A stretch of 64,000 nt of DNA, taken from the NCBI GenBank assembly GCA_964016885.1, contig OZ024742.1, positions 276,458,001 to 276,522,000 on the forward strand. The letters are read 5' to 3'. This document shows, piece by piece, positions 41,561-52,990 of the stretch. A model generated the notes under the pieces. It did not search any database and had not been told where the DNA came from. It saw only the letters and a program-made list of their open reading frames with translations. Each line of letters starts with the position of its first letter. Position 1 is the first letter of the stretch. This stretch comes from Eledone cirrhosa. Taxonomy: Eukaryota. The position numbers were made by a program, and so were the translations under genes.

Positions 41561-42163
41561 TCAATCCATCTCTCTACCTCTCGCTCCTAATTTTCCCTTC
41601 AATGTGTGTTGATAGCAGCCCACTTTGGTCTTCAGTGTTGGTGGTTCTCCCTTCCAGTACCACTCAACAACCCATCGCTTCCCATCGAACACGGCCTTGA
41701 AGTCTTTGTCCTGCACAGTGTAAGTGGGGTATTTCTCCTCGTAGGCCTTCTGGTTCTCCTGTTGTGTACTCACAGCGCATACCGATGCAACGGCGCCAAA
41801 CGACACACCGACGTTGTTCACTGTGACGCCTCCTAGACAGCCAATTGCGTCCATGCCCATAACCACGCCGATCCCATCCACCACGCTGTCCACTACGATG
41901 GCAGAAAGCCTTATTTTCCTTCCCCGTACCGCTATTTCCATCTCGCTGCGACCTCGGCATTCAATTTTGCTGCCGTCGACTGCCCTTACGCTGCTCTTCC
42001 CTCTCCACCTCTGCGCCACTCCCGCGGTCACCAGTGTCGTCGTACAACCCGTCTCCACGAGGGCTCGCTGTGGCTTTCCCCTCACGAAGACTTCCACCAC
42101 GGGCAGCGCCTCTACTCGTAAGGGGCAACTACCAGCGCAGTAGTTCCCCTTGGATCGTTTCCC
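41561..42163 (-). pseudogene. Aspartic protease region of pol (-1 frame from gag)
   Basis: ALVETGCTTT (DTG mutated to ETG) and VVMGMDAI. Confidence 0.85.
42106..42163 (-). promoter_or_regulatory. -1 programmed ribosomal frameshift signal (gag-pol)
   Basis: G_GGA_AAC heptamer, 5-nt spacer, stem AAGGGG-AACTAC / GTAGTT-G-CCCCTT. The -1 frame reads open into the protease. Confidence 0.8.
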
Positions 42164-42870
42164 TGGTCGCAGTTAGTAGTGATGTGGCCTGGTCGCTTAC
42201 ACCGGTAGCATATTATTTCCGGCCTTGACTCTCTACAGTCTCTAGCCATGTGCGGGCCCTCGCACCTAAAACAGCGACCTCTAAACGTTCGCGGGCGACC
42301 GCGTGCCGTGGTTGCCTCCCTTTCACCATTTCGCTGCCAGCTGTCTTGAGCCTCTGTAGTTGCTATTGCCGCGACACTCTTCTTGGCATCTTCTGCTATG
42401 ATCCGGGCTTGTTCCACCAGTGAACGCATTTCCATTTTTTTGTAACCCGGGACTTGCTGCAGTTTCACCGCTATGTCGTCTGCAAATCCATTTATGAACG
42501 CCAACCGCACCGTGTGTTCGCATTCCACTTGATATCCAGCCAACATGGCCAATCACCGTATTTCCGCTGCGAAAATGTCAACGTGTTCACTGTTCCAACT
42601 AATTCTTGCCAGCTTAGCGAAAGCGGCTAACGGTCCCTCTGCGAACGCTTCCATCATGCGCCTCTCAATCTTTTGCGCATCTCTTTGGCTGTGTTCATCC
42701 AACTCAAGGAAGAGTACCAACGCGTCCCCCTCGAGGTACAGTGCCATGAGGCCAGCCACATCTTCTATCTTCTGTAAGCTTGCGACCAGCCGGACTTTTT
42801 GCAGCCAAGCAACATCACCTTCCCCGGTAAATGCCCTGATCGCTTCGCTTGTTCGTAGTTTCGTCGCCAT
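42112..42870 (-). pseudogene. gag with two zinc knuckles, one frameshift near 42552
   Basis: MATKLRTSEAIRAFTGEGDVAWL... with CFRCEGPHMARDC and CYRCKRPGHITTNC. Confidence 0.9.
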
Positions 42871-42979
42871 CCTAATTTGTCTTGCGGTACGTACGTGATA
42901 AGAAAAACAACAGACTCCTCTCTGTTTTTCCAGTAGCTTTTTTTTTTTTTTTTTTTTCGATCAGATCTCAGTTTCCAGT

Positions 42980-42991
42980 GCCGAAATAGCT
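42980..42991 (-). promoter_or_regulatory. Putative non-canonical primer-binding site complementary to tRNA-Phe nt 1-12
   Basis: Minus strand AGCTATTTCGGC directly follows the LTR end CA. Plus strand GCCGAAATAGCT equals the recalled 5' end of metazoan tRNA-Phe(GAA). Confidence 0.65.
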
Positions 42992-43234
42992 TGTGGTTAG
43001 AAAAAGCTATCTCACTTACCGCTTTTCATAGGCGCCGCTAAATCCCACTGCTGGTTTCTCCTCTTCCACGTGCGTCCAACTCATTAACACCGGGAGCTGC
43101 CAAAACTCACGTCCATACCATTGCTGGTCACCATTAGAGAGAGGCCGATCTGCTGGCCCTTCCGGTCGAGCATCCTTCCGGCCAAGCACCCTTCCGGTCG
43201 AGCACTCCCCCGCTTCCGGCCACCGCACGCCACA
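42992..43234 (-). repeat. 5' LTR (243 bp) with 16-bp tandem repeats in U3
   Basis: TGTGG/CCACA inverted ends. Three copies of (C/T)CCTTCCGG(T/C)C(G/A)AGCA at 43157-43204. Confidence 0.92.
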
Positions 43235-43849
43235 TTACACTTTCTATTTCATAATTGGCTGAGTTAGCTGGCAGGTAGATGTATGATTTAGTACTTTACT
43301 TCAATATGATGCTTACAGTTAGGGCTGGTAAGAGCTTTAAGTTATTTAGGAAGAGTGACAAGAGAGGAAAGTTTTTTTCAGTCACATATATACAAATATA
43401 ACATCCATTTTCCCTGCTAACAAGGGTTGGACAAGTCTTCATAGATCAAGTCAGTACTGAAGTATTGTGTAGATCATCAACACTAGGGTGGCTGTCATAT
43501 TCTTAACACAACTGAAGGGTCCTTCCAAACCTTTGCTTACCAGGCTTTCTATGGCTGGATGCCCTTTCTATCACCAACAACTTTAAAATCATAATCTTTT
43601 TTTTTTTTAAATACATTTCTCATAGTTATATTTATAGCTAAATCGATATTTGGGGTGTGTGCTATAAACCACTGCATATCCAGCTATTAAACTGAATTTT
43701 AATTTAATAACCCTGATTTCGGAGCATAGTAAACATTGATATCATAAAACAATTTAAATACATGTTTAATAGTGCAGCAATTCATCTAAAAGCTGACTAC
43801 CATCCCACAAAGCTAGTGAGTCAAACTTAATGCTGGTCAATAGGTTAAC

Positions 43850-43993
43850 AGGATCAGAACGTTGGTGGCCTCTCTGAGGAAGGAGCCTTGCAAGGTGGGA
43901 TGACTGTTGCAGCGGGTGTCGCTGGCCATTGTCCGCAGGAATGTAATTGCGGTCTTGTCCACGGAGTGCAGCCCTTTTACCACCTCGCCCTAG
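43850..43993 (+). mobile_element. 3' relic of a restriction-like-endonuclease (CRE-like) non-LTR retrotransposon
   Basis: KEPCKVG*LLQRVSLAIVRRNVIAVLST resembles the QRLSxAIxRGNA C-terminal motif of CRE-type ORFs. Confidence 0.55.
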
Positions 43994-44411
43994 GCCCAGA
44001 GCCCAATCATCCACCCCTTCTCCTCCTCATTCGTTTGCGACACTAGAGTCCTTGCCATTCCCTCCCTTTTTCGTTTTTTTCCTCTTTTTTCTTTATATTT
44101 TCCTATTTTAAATTCCATTTTTCTCAAGCTAAATTTTCTTTTTTTCTTTTCCTATTAAATTATATTTACATGATATATTCCATAAATAAAGTTATTTCAC
44201 TGTAGTTTATAAAGGTTAACATATTTTTCTAAGACATTCAAGATGTGAATAGAAATATTGCAAAACTTGGATGGTACCCATGGTCCTTTTTTTACTATAG
44301 CCTCGTGTTGGTCCAAAATTGGGTAGACAAAATTTGGAAACTAGTCAGATGGATTGTGTCTGTTTTGGGGTGGTAGATTTAATCAGTCGTATTCTGATTT
44401 AAGCCCCCTCC

Positions 44412-44561
44412 CCGTGCTGGATTAGGTTACAAAGAGGCCTACATTTGAAACAAATGTAAAAGACGGGATAGTACTATAGTATTAAGCACTTAGTGTAAGG
44501 TTCCAGGAAATGTGGTGCCTGTAACCAAAGTTACTCTTGCTACTGGATTAATCCGGCACTG
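44412..44561. mobile_element. Old hAT-type MITE upstream of FLII
   Basis: CCGTGCTGGATTA ... TAATCCGGCACTG. Degenerate 8-bp TSD CCCCCTCC/CCACCACC. Confidence 0.55.
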
Positions 44562-44885
44562 CCACCACCCAGCTCTTGGATGTTTTTGCTGACCACATCT
44601 GCCGAACCAAATCTGATGGTAACTCGATGTCGTTCTTTCTCCCTTTTCCTCGGGAATCTCGGAGGCCCTGCAAAGAGTTATTGGCGTAACCCTTCATCTT
44701 CTGATTAAACCATAAACAATTTTTAAAAAGTGAAACATATATTTTAAATCATTAAAACATGAACAAATTTAAACTGTATTAAAAGTGGAAATCGTTTAAA
44801 GACATAAATAAATAACTGTTTTAATATGAAACTCATAGACAACAACGTGCAACTTCTAATTCTTATAAAGTTTTAAGAACCGATT

Positions 44886-44930
44886 TTCCGGAACAGCTGT
44901 GACGTCACTAAGCGAACGGCAAAATGGCAG
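44886..44930 (+). promoter_or_regulatory. FLII proximal promoter/5' leader: ETS-like palindrome, E-box, full CRE, YY1-like start context
   Basis: TTCCGGAA-CAGCTG-TGACGTCA contiguous at 44886-44907. AAAATGGC spans the ATG. Confidence 0.55.
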
Positions 44931-44986
44931 CCACTGGGGTGTTACCGTTTGTGAGAGGCATAGATTTCACACGAAATGATTTTCAG
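44924..44986 (+). CDS. FLII: Protein flightless-1, exon 1
   Basis: [21 protein letters not shown] matches the diagnostic FLII N-terminus (human [20 protein letters not shown]). Donor gtatga. Confidence 0.95.
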
Positions 44987-47654
44987 GTATGATTAAATTT
45001 GTTCGTTTTAGCAATATCTTGTTTCTAATATACACAGGTATATTAGTATAACTATTCTTTCTATTTAATCGAAAAGTTGCGTTAAGAATTTCGTCTGTTG
45101 TATGCTATGCTTATATCACCTTTATTGGTCCCCGGCTTACTGTATAATTTCTGTATTTATATAGTAACATCTAAAAAGATATATATGTTCCCTTAAGAGA
45201 AAGTCTTAAGATAATTTGTTTTTAGAAATCTGTTCAATTTAACACTTTGAATCCTTCAAGAGAACTACGAACGATACTGTTCGAGTCATCGCAGCTGTTA
45301 TTGTAATCCATTTAAATATCTTGATGCTAGCAAAAACAACAAAAACCCTCACCAAAATGATATTAGGTTACATTATTGAAGAAAGTAGGGCTAACATTAT
45401 AAATTATTACAATATATTTAATTGTTTTTAAGGGTTTAGTTCTATTATTTATTTAGAAAACAACGATTATAATATAATATCCGGGATTGTTTGTTCATTT
45501 GCAACAAATGTGTGGCAGAACCTACTACTTCGTAGTTGGGTTTGCTATGGTTGTGAGGAATATACTGTATAGGTGATATCTACGATTGAAGAAGATAGGA
45601 TCTTAGAGGCTTTCCCAGTTTAGATATACCTTAAAGCACCAGCTAGCTGTTCGTTTATGTTGACTTGCTGTTGTTACTAAAAATAGACTTTTCTCGGCCA
45701 ATTTGACACCTTTCTTTTCGTAACTGACAACTATTATTAATTTTAAAGCACATATTACTTTGTGCACACTCTCTTAGAAAAGAGATGATTGGCATAAAAT
45801 AAGAATGATTGTTATATGTGCCTTTTGCTTGTCAAATCAACAATTATGATTACAGAAGTTGAAAAGTTCTTATCTTTCTCCTTTTCTTTATTTAAATATT
45901 TTGATTAGGACTCTTTTGAATAATAGATAGTAGTTTTGAATATAATGAAGACAATCATGTTAACAATTCAATATATATATATATATATATATATATATTC
46001 TTTATTATATTGAATATATATATATATATATATATATTGTTCTTTATTAATTGGGAGTTTTGCTTATATGTTTACTTAAATGAAATATTTTTAAATTTAT
46101 ATTTTAACTTGTGACACCTTTCCGTGTCTGATGAACCAACATGTGTTTCGAATTTTGATAGTAGTTGATGTTAAATCTATTGAATACAGAACACGGACAA
46201 AAGTCAAATCCTTCAAAAATTAGTAAAATCTTTAAAAAGAGATTTTTAATGATTTTAATTTTAATTATATAACCCTCTCTATTCTAGATCCATATCATTT
46301 TCTTTAATCTGTTCACGAAGTAATTAACCATGTTGAGAAGTTGTATACTAAATCTATTTATTCTTGTGAGGTCTCAATTTTTCGACCCTAAACTAGTGTG
46401 ACCCGAAGCAGGGCAATTCTGAAGAAAAATGATGTAGAGAATTTGTCACACTAACATATTTCATTACTTATTTGTCGTTTTTTACTAGATCTACTCTTAT
46501 CGACTTGGCTCGCCACTAATGTAACCCAATTCCAATGGTTATATTTGATTACCTTTGTAAGTTAGTCCAGTTTAATTGACTACGTAAAAGACCTTCGCAC
46601 ATAAGACAAGGCGTAGGATTTTAACGTAGGAGGAATTGAGGTTGTGCAATTTTCATGCCTTTCTCTTCGTTATTAGAGGCGTAAATGAAAAGTAAACGGA
46701 AATAAAATTACAGGAAAAAGTTACAATTTGGGCGAGGAAAAAAAATCACAAGGGCGTTTTATTTGAATACCATAAATAATAATTAAAGTAATTGAACAAT
46801 CAGTGACTATACATGATTCACATATATGTAGAAAACATTTGTTTTATTCTGTATCTTAAACAAAATATTTCCTGGGTTCAAATGGAATGATGTAGCTAGA
46901 TGTAGAGTTTAGTTTGTCAAAAGTGTTGATAGTTTGACGGAAAAAAACTTATTAGGTACAAACTTCGCTTCTGTTTTAGATTACTAAGTAAGACAGTTGC
47001 TCTAGTAGAATCAGCCCTGATTAATTCATCACTCTTATACATTTTTGCCTGGAATTGAATTTATTAATTACACTAGTGTGTATATATAGTTGTGAACTTT
47101 GTTGTTGGGTGGGATATCGATCTGTTGATGTGATGAAGAGTCCTTAGGCGACTCAACAAACTAAACCTTGAGACATTCCAGAGGTAAATCTCTTAGTCAC
47201 AGCTGACAGATGTTTCGTGCGTTTGTTGTGGATCTTTACGCTGAATAACCACTCTTGACAACACGGAAAGATTTCAGTTTAGATTTAAAATGATGGATGG
47301 CATTTCAACAAGTGGATTTCCTGGGAATATAGTCTGATGCTTGTGCCTGTGTTGTACCTGTTAACCCTTTTGATACTAAACCGCCTGTTCTGTGTTATAG
47401 AACTGTTTATAAACCCTTCGATCATGATTTTATCTAAGAATCTTTAATTTATGTTCCAAACATCAGATTAATAATTGTTTCTACTTTTGGCATAAGTCCA
47501 GCAATTATCCAGTGCAATACTAGGGTTTTATTTTATCGACCCTGTAAGGATGAAAGGCAAAGTTAAGCAGATTAATAATGAGAACTATAGTTATTTTACT
47601 AAGTCGCTTCAAATTCTCGATTATTTTGAATATCATAAGTAGTGTCTTTCATCA

Positions 47655-48655
47655 GAAATATGGTAAGAGAAAGGACCTGTTATTGAAGATTCTGCAGGAG
47701 TATGGGGTCGATGGACAGTTTCTTGTTGCCTTGGTGTCTCTATATGAATGCCCTAGTATTTGTGTTCGGATGAATGTTGCTAAGTCGAAACTATTTAATG
47801 TGGGTGTCGGAGTCCACCAAAGGTGCATACTGTCACCTCTCTTGTTCATAATCTTCATGAACAGGATTGACATGAACTGCCAGGTTGGAAGTGGTATCAA
47901 GATAGGCAGGTTTGGGATCAAGAAGCTGGAATCTGCAGTTGACATGGTACTACTTAAGGCATCCGAAGGTGACCTCCAACATGCACTTGGTAGATTTGCT
48001 GCACGGCTGGAATGAAAATCAGTGCTGTGAAGACTGAGACACTTGTCCTCTCAAGGAAGTCTGTGCACTGCACTCTACATGTGAGTGGAGTTCCACTGAA
48101 GCATGTGGAGAAGTTCTGGGCCATGTTCATGAGTGATAGAAGGTAGGAGGCTGAATTATGAGCAAGGATTGCAAGACCTGGTGCAGTAATGCACCAGCTT
48201 CAACATTTGGTGATCAGAAGAAGAGAGGTAGGTGTAAAAGGCAAACTCACCATATTCTGTTTGGTATTCGTGCCAACCTTTACCTATGGTCATGAATCTT
48301 GGGTAACGACAGAAAGCATATGATCGCGAATACAAGCAACTGATGTAGGGTTCCTCCAAAGGGTCTTTGGAGTAACATTACTCAATAGAGTGTGTTGCTT
48401 GGAGATCAGATAGCCACTCCAGGTAGTGCCACTACTCTGAATTGAGAGGTCACAGGTTAGAATGGTTTTATCGGTAAAATCAACCAGCAGGAGACCCTGA
48501 GCAAGATGGTTAGATAACATCCATGAGCTTGGCTGGTTTCGCTTGGGGATCCAGCCGGATCACTTGGAGATGGTTGCTTCTGACAGGACCTACTGGAAGG
48601 CGTGTTTAAGGACTCTGCTACCATGACCCTCCCAAGTGGGTGAAGAAGAAGAAAA
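47655..48655 (+). mobile_element. RTE-clade LINE, 5'-truncated (RT + C-terminus + GAA tail)
   Basis: GVHQRCILSPLLFIIFMNRI, ESAVDMVL (degenerate FADD), and a C-terminal W.DNI motif. Confidence 0.85.
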
Positions 48656-48759
48656 GGTTTTTATTTTGAAGCTGTCTCGGTGTGACTTTGTAAATCAAGT
48701 CTTGTAGTTTTCAATGAAAGAGCTTTTCATCATCATATCCGTCCATTTTTTCCTGCTTG

Positions 48760-49254
48760 CAGTAATCAGATATAGGGCAATAAAGATAGATGGTAGCCAC
48801 GGAATAGGCAGACCCAGAAAAACCTGGGACGAGCTGATAAATTCCGACCTCACCAAGACAACTGGACCGAGACCTTTGGCGGTACTCAGTAATAGAGAAG
48901 ACCCGCCTTACCTAAATACAAAGTAAAACCTACTACAGTCAGTAGGCATCTCTAACAAAATACAGCCCCGTCCCACCACCCCCACCCCATCCAGGCCGAA
49001 ACAAATGAGATCGTGTAGGTGTCACGTCAAAAAACACACAGTTCACACTGTAATGTGGCCGTGTAGGCAACACGGTAAAAACCTCCCAGCCCACACTGTA
49101 AATGTGGTTGGTGTTAGGAAGGGCATCCAGCTGTAGAAAACCCGCCAGATAGTCCTATGCGAGCAAGATAATCACTCTTGCCTCAAGTGGGAAAACCCCC
49201 GTCCAAACCCATGCAAGCGTGGAACACGGACGTTAAACGTTGATGATGATGATG
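48760..49254 (+). mobile_element. Young RTE-LINE 3' end with (GAT)n tail
   Basis: GRPRKTWDELINSDL coding tail plus 3'UTR, near-identical to 60370-60905. Confidence 0.8.
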
Positions 49255-49926
49255 TTCATTCGTATTAGATGACCCACTTATGAATGGGTATCTCCAACCA
49301 AGCCCTGATCAAGCAAACAGTATTAGATGAAGGTGGTTTCAATATTCCTCACAAAGACTGTATGATTGTATGCTCTATGAGATGCTATTCAGGATACTAT
49401 TGAAAAGTTTTGGTAGAACTATTCAGTTTTCTTTTTCTTAACATAAATATAAACCATTAGATTTATAAGGGAGGGATTCAGCGTAGTATGCTATAAACGA
49501 ATATAGGAATCATAAGTGCCTTATACAACTATCTTTGTAGTGATTTTGATGTCATGTTCATTAAAGACCAACCAATAACTTAGTTTTCTGAAAACATGGT
49601 TTGCTTGAACAAACCTCTGCAGAATTTTTTCATCAGTGTTTGCCTTAATGAAATTTGGTAACCAAGCAGAATAAGCATTCTGCTGAATGGAGTTGTCTGT
49701 AATTTTGGATTGTGCATGTGAAAGTACCTTGATTAACTTTGCTGTTGGTTAAATTCCGTTTGACATAATATTTCTGCTTAGGTGGACTATTTCTGGGTTA
49801 CACAGATAGTAGTATCATCAGTATACTGTAGTTCAATGACTGAATTTATGGTACATTTAGCTTTGTTAGTGCAGATTAAACATTTTCCTTATTTATAATA
49901 AAACCTTCCACCATCATTTTATTTAA

Positions 49927-50134
49927 CCCTTTAGCATTTACATTACTCTATATTTACTATTATATTTTTACGGTAAAAGCTTTACCTCACATAATTATCT
50001 CACATAATATCGAATCTATGAGATTTTGATATTATTTATTTTGAGAACAATACCTTAACATCAGTTACAGCCAGTTTGAACAGAAAGAGGTAAGAGAATT
50101 CTGGTTGCATACAGCCAGTTTAAATGCTGAAGGG
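49927..50134. mobile_element. piggyBac-type MITE (inverted copy of 23356-23566)
   Basis: TTAA|CCCTTTAGCATTTA ... TAAATGCTGAAGGG|TTAA. Confidence 0.85.
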
Positions 50135-50959
50135 TTAAAAAATTTTTGTGAAGTAATGAAAAAGTTTTAGCTATCTCATTACATTCTTCAAGTTTTCAAA
50201 ATCAATTGATACACACAGGCAGCATATTTCATTAGAAATGCAGTAACAATAAGGTCAGTCAGCTAACTTTGACCAGTGGAGCTAACCTGATCAGTCAACG
50301 TCATAACTTGAAATATCTGAAGTTGAATTTTACTTCAATTTCTTTGTGGCCATTTCATAATTTTGTTTGTTATTGCACTCGACACATTTCTTTTTTCCAA
50401 AGTTTTAATATTTTATTAAATTGGCCCGCTATCCTATTACAGTGGCCGACTATACCAGTAACATTATCTCTCACAGAACATTTTTCATTCTTTTATCAAG
50501 ATGTGACACATTTTGAAGCCCTTCCCTATCTTATAGTCAAAACAGGAAACTAGATATTTTAAAAATTACTCTGAAAAAGAAGCATGAATACAGCAGAGTT
50601 TGCAGAAACATTGAGAAATGCTTGAATGCCACAACTTCTCTTTCTTCTCCTCCTGAAGTTGAAACCATTAATCACCCACTATGGAATACCATTGTTTAGA
50701 AATACAAATATTTTATAATAAACCATATTTATTGTTGCTAGCCCAAGGTCAACCTTGTTTGGGCAAACATATTATCAAAGGCATTCCAGCCATCACCTTT
50801 TAAGGCATAGTGTATCTAAGATGCTAGGATGGTATTTGAAGATTTGGTTGTCATGTCTAGCAGATCGAGTGACTACACATAAAACAGAGATCAAGATGTA
50901 CTCAGAATCAACTTTTGCTAATCACTGAAAGTACAATGGACCTCCATCATTTTCAAAGA

Positions 50960-51460
50960 TGAGTGTTCCAGTAGTTCGATTAACAAAACAGCTTGTTCAT
51001 GGAATCAACATGTAAGTGGCTGAGCATTCCACTAACACATGTACCCTTAACGTAATTCTCAAGGTGATTCAGTATGGCATAATGTGTGACAAAGCTGGCC
51101 CTTTGAATTACCGATACAGTCTTCCATGGCTTAGTGGTTAGAGAGTCAGTCTTACAATCATGAGGTTGTGAGTTCGATTTTCGGACCGGGCTTTGCATTG
51201 TGTTCTTGAGTAAGACACTTTATTTCATGTTGCTCCAGTTCACTCAGCTGTAGATATAAGTTGTGATGTCACTGGTGCCAAGGTGTATCGGTCATTGCCT
51301 TTCCCTTGGACAACACAAATGGTGTGGAGAAGAGAGACTGGTATGCGTGGGCAACTGCTGGTCCTCCACAAACAACCTTGCCCGGACTTGTGCCTCAGAG
51401 GGGAACTTCCTAGGTGCAAATCCCATGGTCATTCATGACCGAAGTGGGTCTTAACCCTTC
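50960..51460. mobile_element. Two family-A-type SINEs in opposite orientation (50960-51115 minus, 51125-51460 plus)
   Basis: Homology to 11183-11500 and to 38065-38262. Confidence 0.7.
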
Positions 51461-51789
51461 CAAAGAGTTTCCGTTTACCAAATTTCACTCTCAAAGCATG
51501 GGTTGACCTGAAGGCTATAATAAATGATATTTGCCGAAGATGTCATGTAGTGGGATCAAACCTGAGACCTAATGATTATGAAGCAAATCTCTTAACCATT
51601 TGATCTTGTTGCGTAGTGTGTGTAGTGAGTGGGTGTCAGTTCACTCCTAAACTTTAATTTGTTTCACCACCTATGAGAAGATGAGTTAATTGAATACATA
51701 ATCAAGAAAAACTAAACTGGTAGACTTTAAAATATTTAGTCCAATACTTTAACCTCTACTTCTTCTTGTATATGAGACAGTAATCACAT

Positions 51790-52990
51790 GGCGTGCCCTC
51801 CTCTCCCCAAGAACTGCAACCAGTTCATTGTAGTGGGATTAGAGGGCATGAGGTCCGCACATTCAGGTGGGAGGAGATCCAGGCACTCAGTAAATCTTCA
51901 GTAATCTTCTCTGGCAAGCTGCTGATGGATGCAGCGCTCTATGGTGCATGGTTACATTGAATCAGCTAACACCTGTGCTTAGCTGATTCAAGGATACCCA
52001 CACCCTCTGAAAGAGGTTATCACCTGAGAGGTGGGCTGTATTGGAGTTGACATTTAGTCGCATGCATCGAGATATCTGTTGCCAGCTAGTTCTCCACATC
52101 TAAAGCATGTTGAAATCTGAGTTTCACATCTTTGCTCTATGGCAAAAGAAAGGGAACCATGGCATCAAGCAATGTTGGTCCATTAACTGATAATCTCCAG
52201 CCATGTCATAGAGTGGATGAAGGGTCTGTTGAGGCCTTGGTTCCCAACCTATGTGTGTGATGCTCTATGAAGGGGTGCAGGAGGAATGCCTGAGAGGTTG
52301 ATAGAGAGGTAGCACAGGTAGATACTCAGATGGTATATGACGAAGACATCTGGTGATGAGCCTTAAGGTGTTATTCAGGGCTATATGTAACTTCTTAGTA
52401 CAGGAGCTCCTGCAGCACTAGTCCAAGGCTAGGGCACTGGTATGTAAGGTGGATGTGCCAGCACCCATTGATGGGCCTGCCAACTGGTGTAGAAGGTTGT
52501 TCCTCATAGATACCTTTGCATTTAAGGACCCAAGGTGCTGTCTGTAGGTCGGCTGTCAGTTCAATTTCACTTTGAGATGGATTTATGTGGCATTATATGG
52601 GATGGCTGTGCCATCAAAGTTAATGGTGAGCTGGTGGTTGAACTCTTTGGAATTCAGGTGGAATGACGTTGCTAATACTGGATATTGTAGATTTAGGACT
52701 GCTGCCAGTGAGGTGTTTAAGTGTTTTCTGGGCAATCCTGCTGCAGTAGGTGAAATCTATTCCTTGAACCATCCCCTCCCAATGATCTCAACGTTTTTGT
52801 TGAGGCAGTTGATCAGGTCTGATGCTTTTGTGGATGCATCTTCCCCATGTTCAGTGTGCAGGAACTCATCATAGAGGGTATCACATTTCTTGTCCTAAGT
52901 GGGGATGTAGCATCAGTGAAAGCCATATGGAATGGAGTTTGTTGCTGCTTTGATGAGGAGTTTACAGAAATGGCTGAGTAAAACAGTAGA
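51790..52990 (-). mobile_element. Degenerate I-group (Ingi/Vingi-like) LINE with a large internal deletion
   Basis: Minus strand: YIPT*DKKCDTLY...IDFTYCSRIA..L..LTG joined directly to SFHLN...TYRQHL...LRLITRCL. Confidence 0.6.

Larger units (their letters stand above)
39209..43234 (-). mobile_element. LTR retrotransposon (gag-PR-RT-RH-IN order, Ty3/Gypsy-like), defective, 4026 bp
   Basis: TGTGG...CCACA termini and 5-bp TSD TTACA (39204-39208 and 43235-43239). Two LTRs, CCHC knuckles, protease, RT, RNase H and HHCC/DDE integrase in broken ORFs. Confidence 0.95.

Noticed and set aside
39338-42898. Many + strand ORFs across the LTR element
   Set aside because: Antisense shadows of GC-rich gag-pol sequence.
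42976-42986. GTGCCGAAA as a conventional tRNA-Phe 3'-end PBS
   Set aside because: It is on the wrong strand for the gag-pol orientation, lacks TGG and stops after 9 nt. It merely reflects acceptor-stem complementarity.
42938-42991. A20 tract in the leader read as a tiny poly(A) insertion with AGCTA TSD
   Set aside because: The repeat is only 5-6 bp and the segment carries the boundary-abutting tRNA match. It cannot be excluded without other copies.
44548-44697. 49-codon minus-strand ORF (MKGYANNSLQ...) as a divergent gene
   Set aside because: No recognisable motif or splice donor, and its stop lies inside a MITE TIR.
47190-47262. Further hammerhead-like relics here and near 32988 and 54612
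   Set aside because: Only half of the core is recognisable in each, too degenerate to call.
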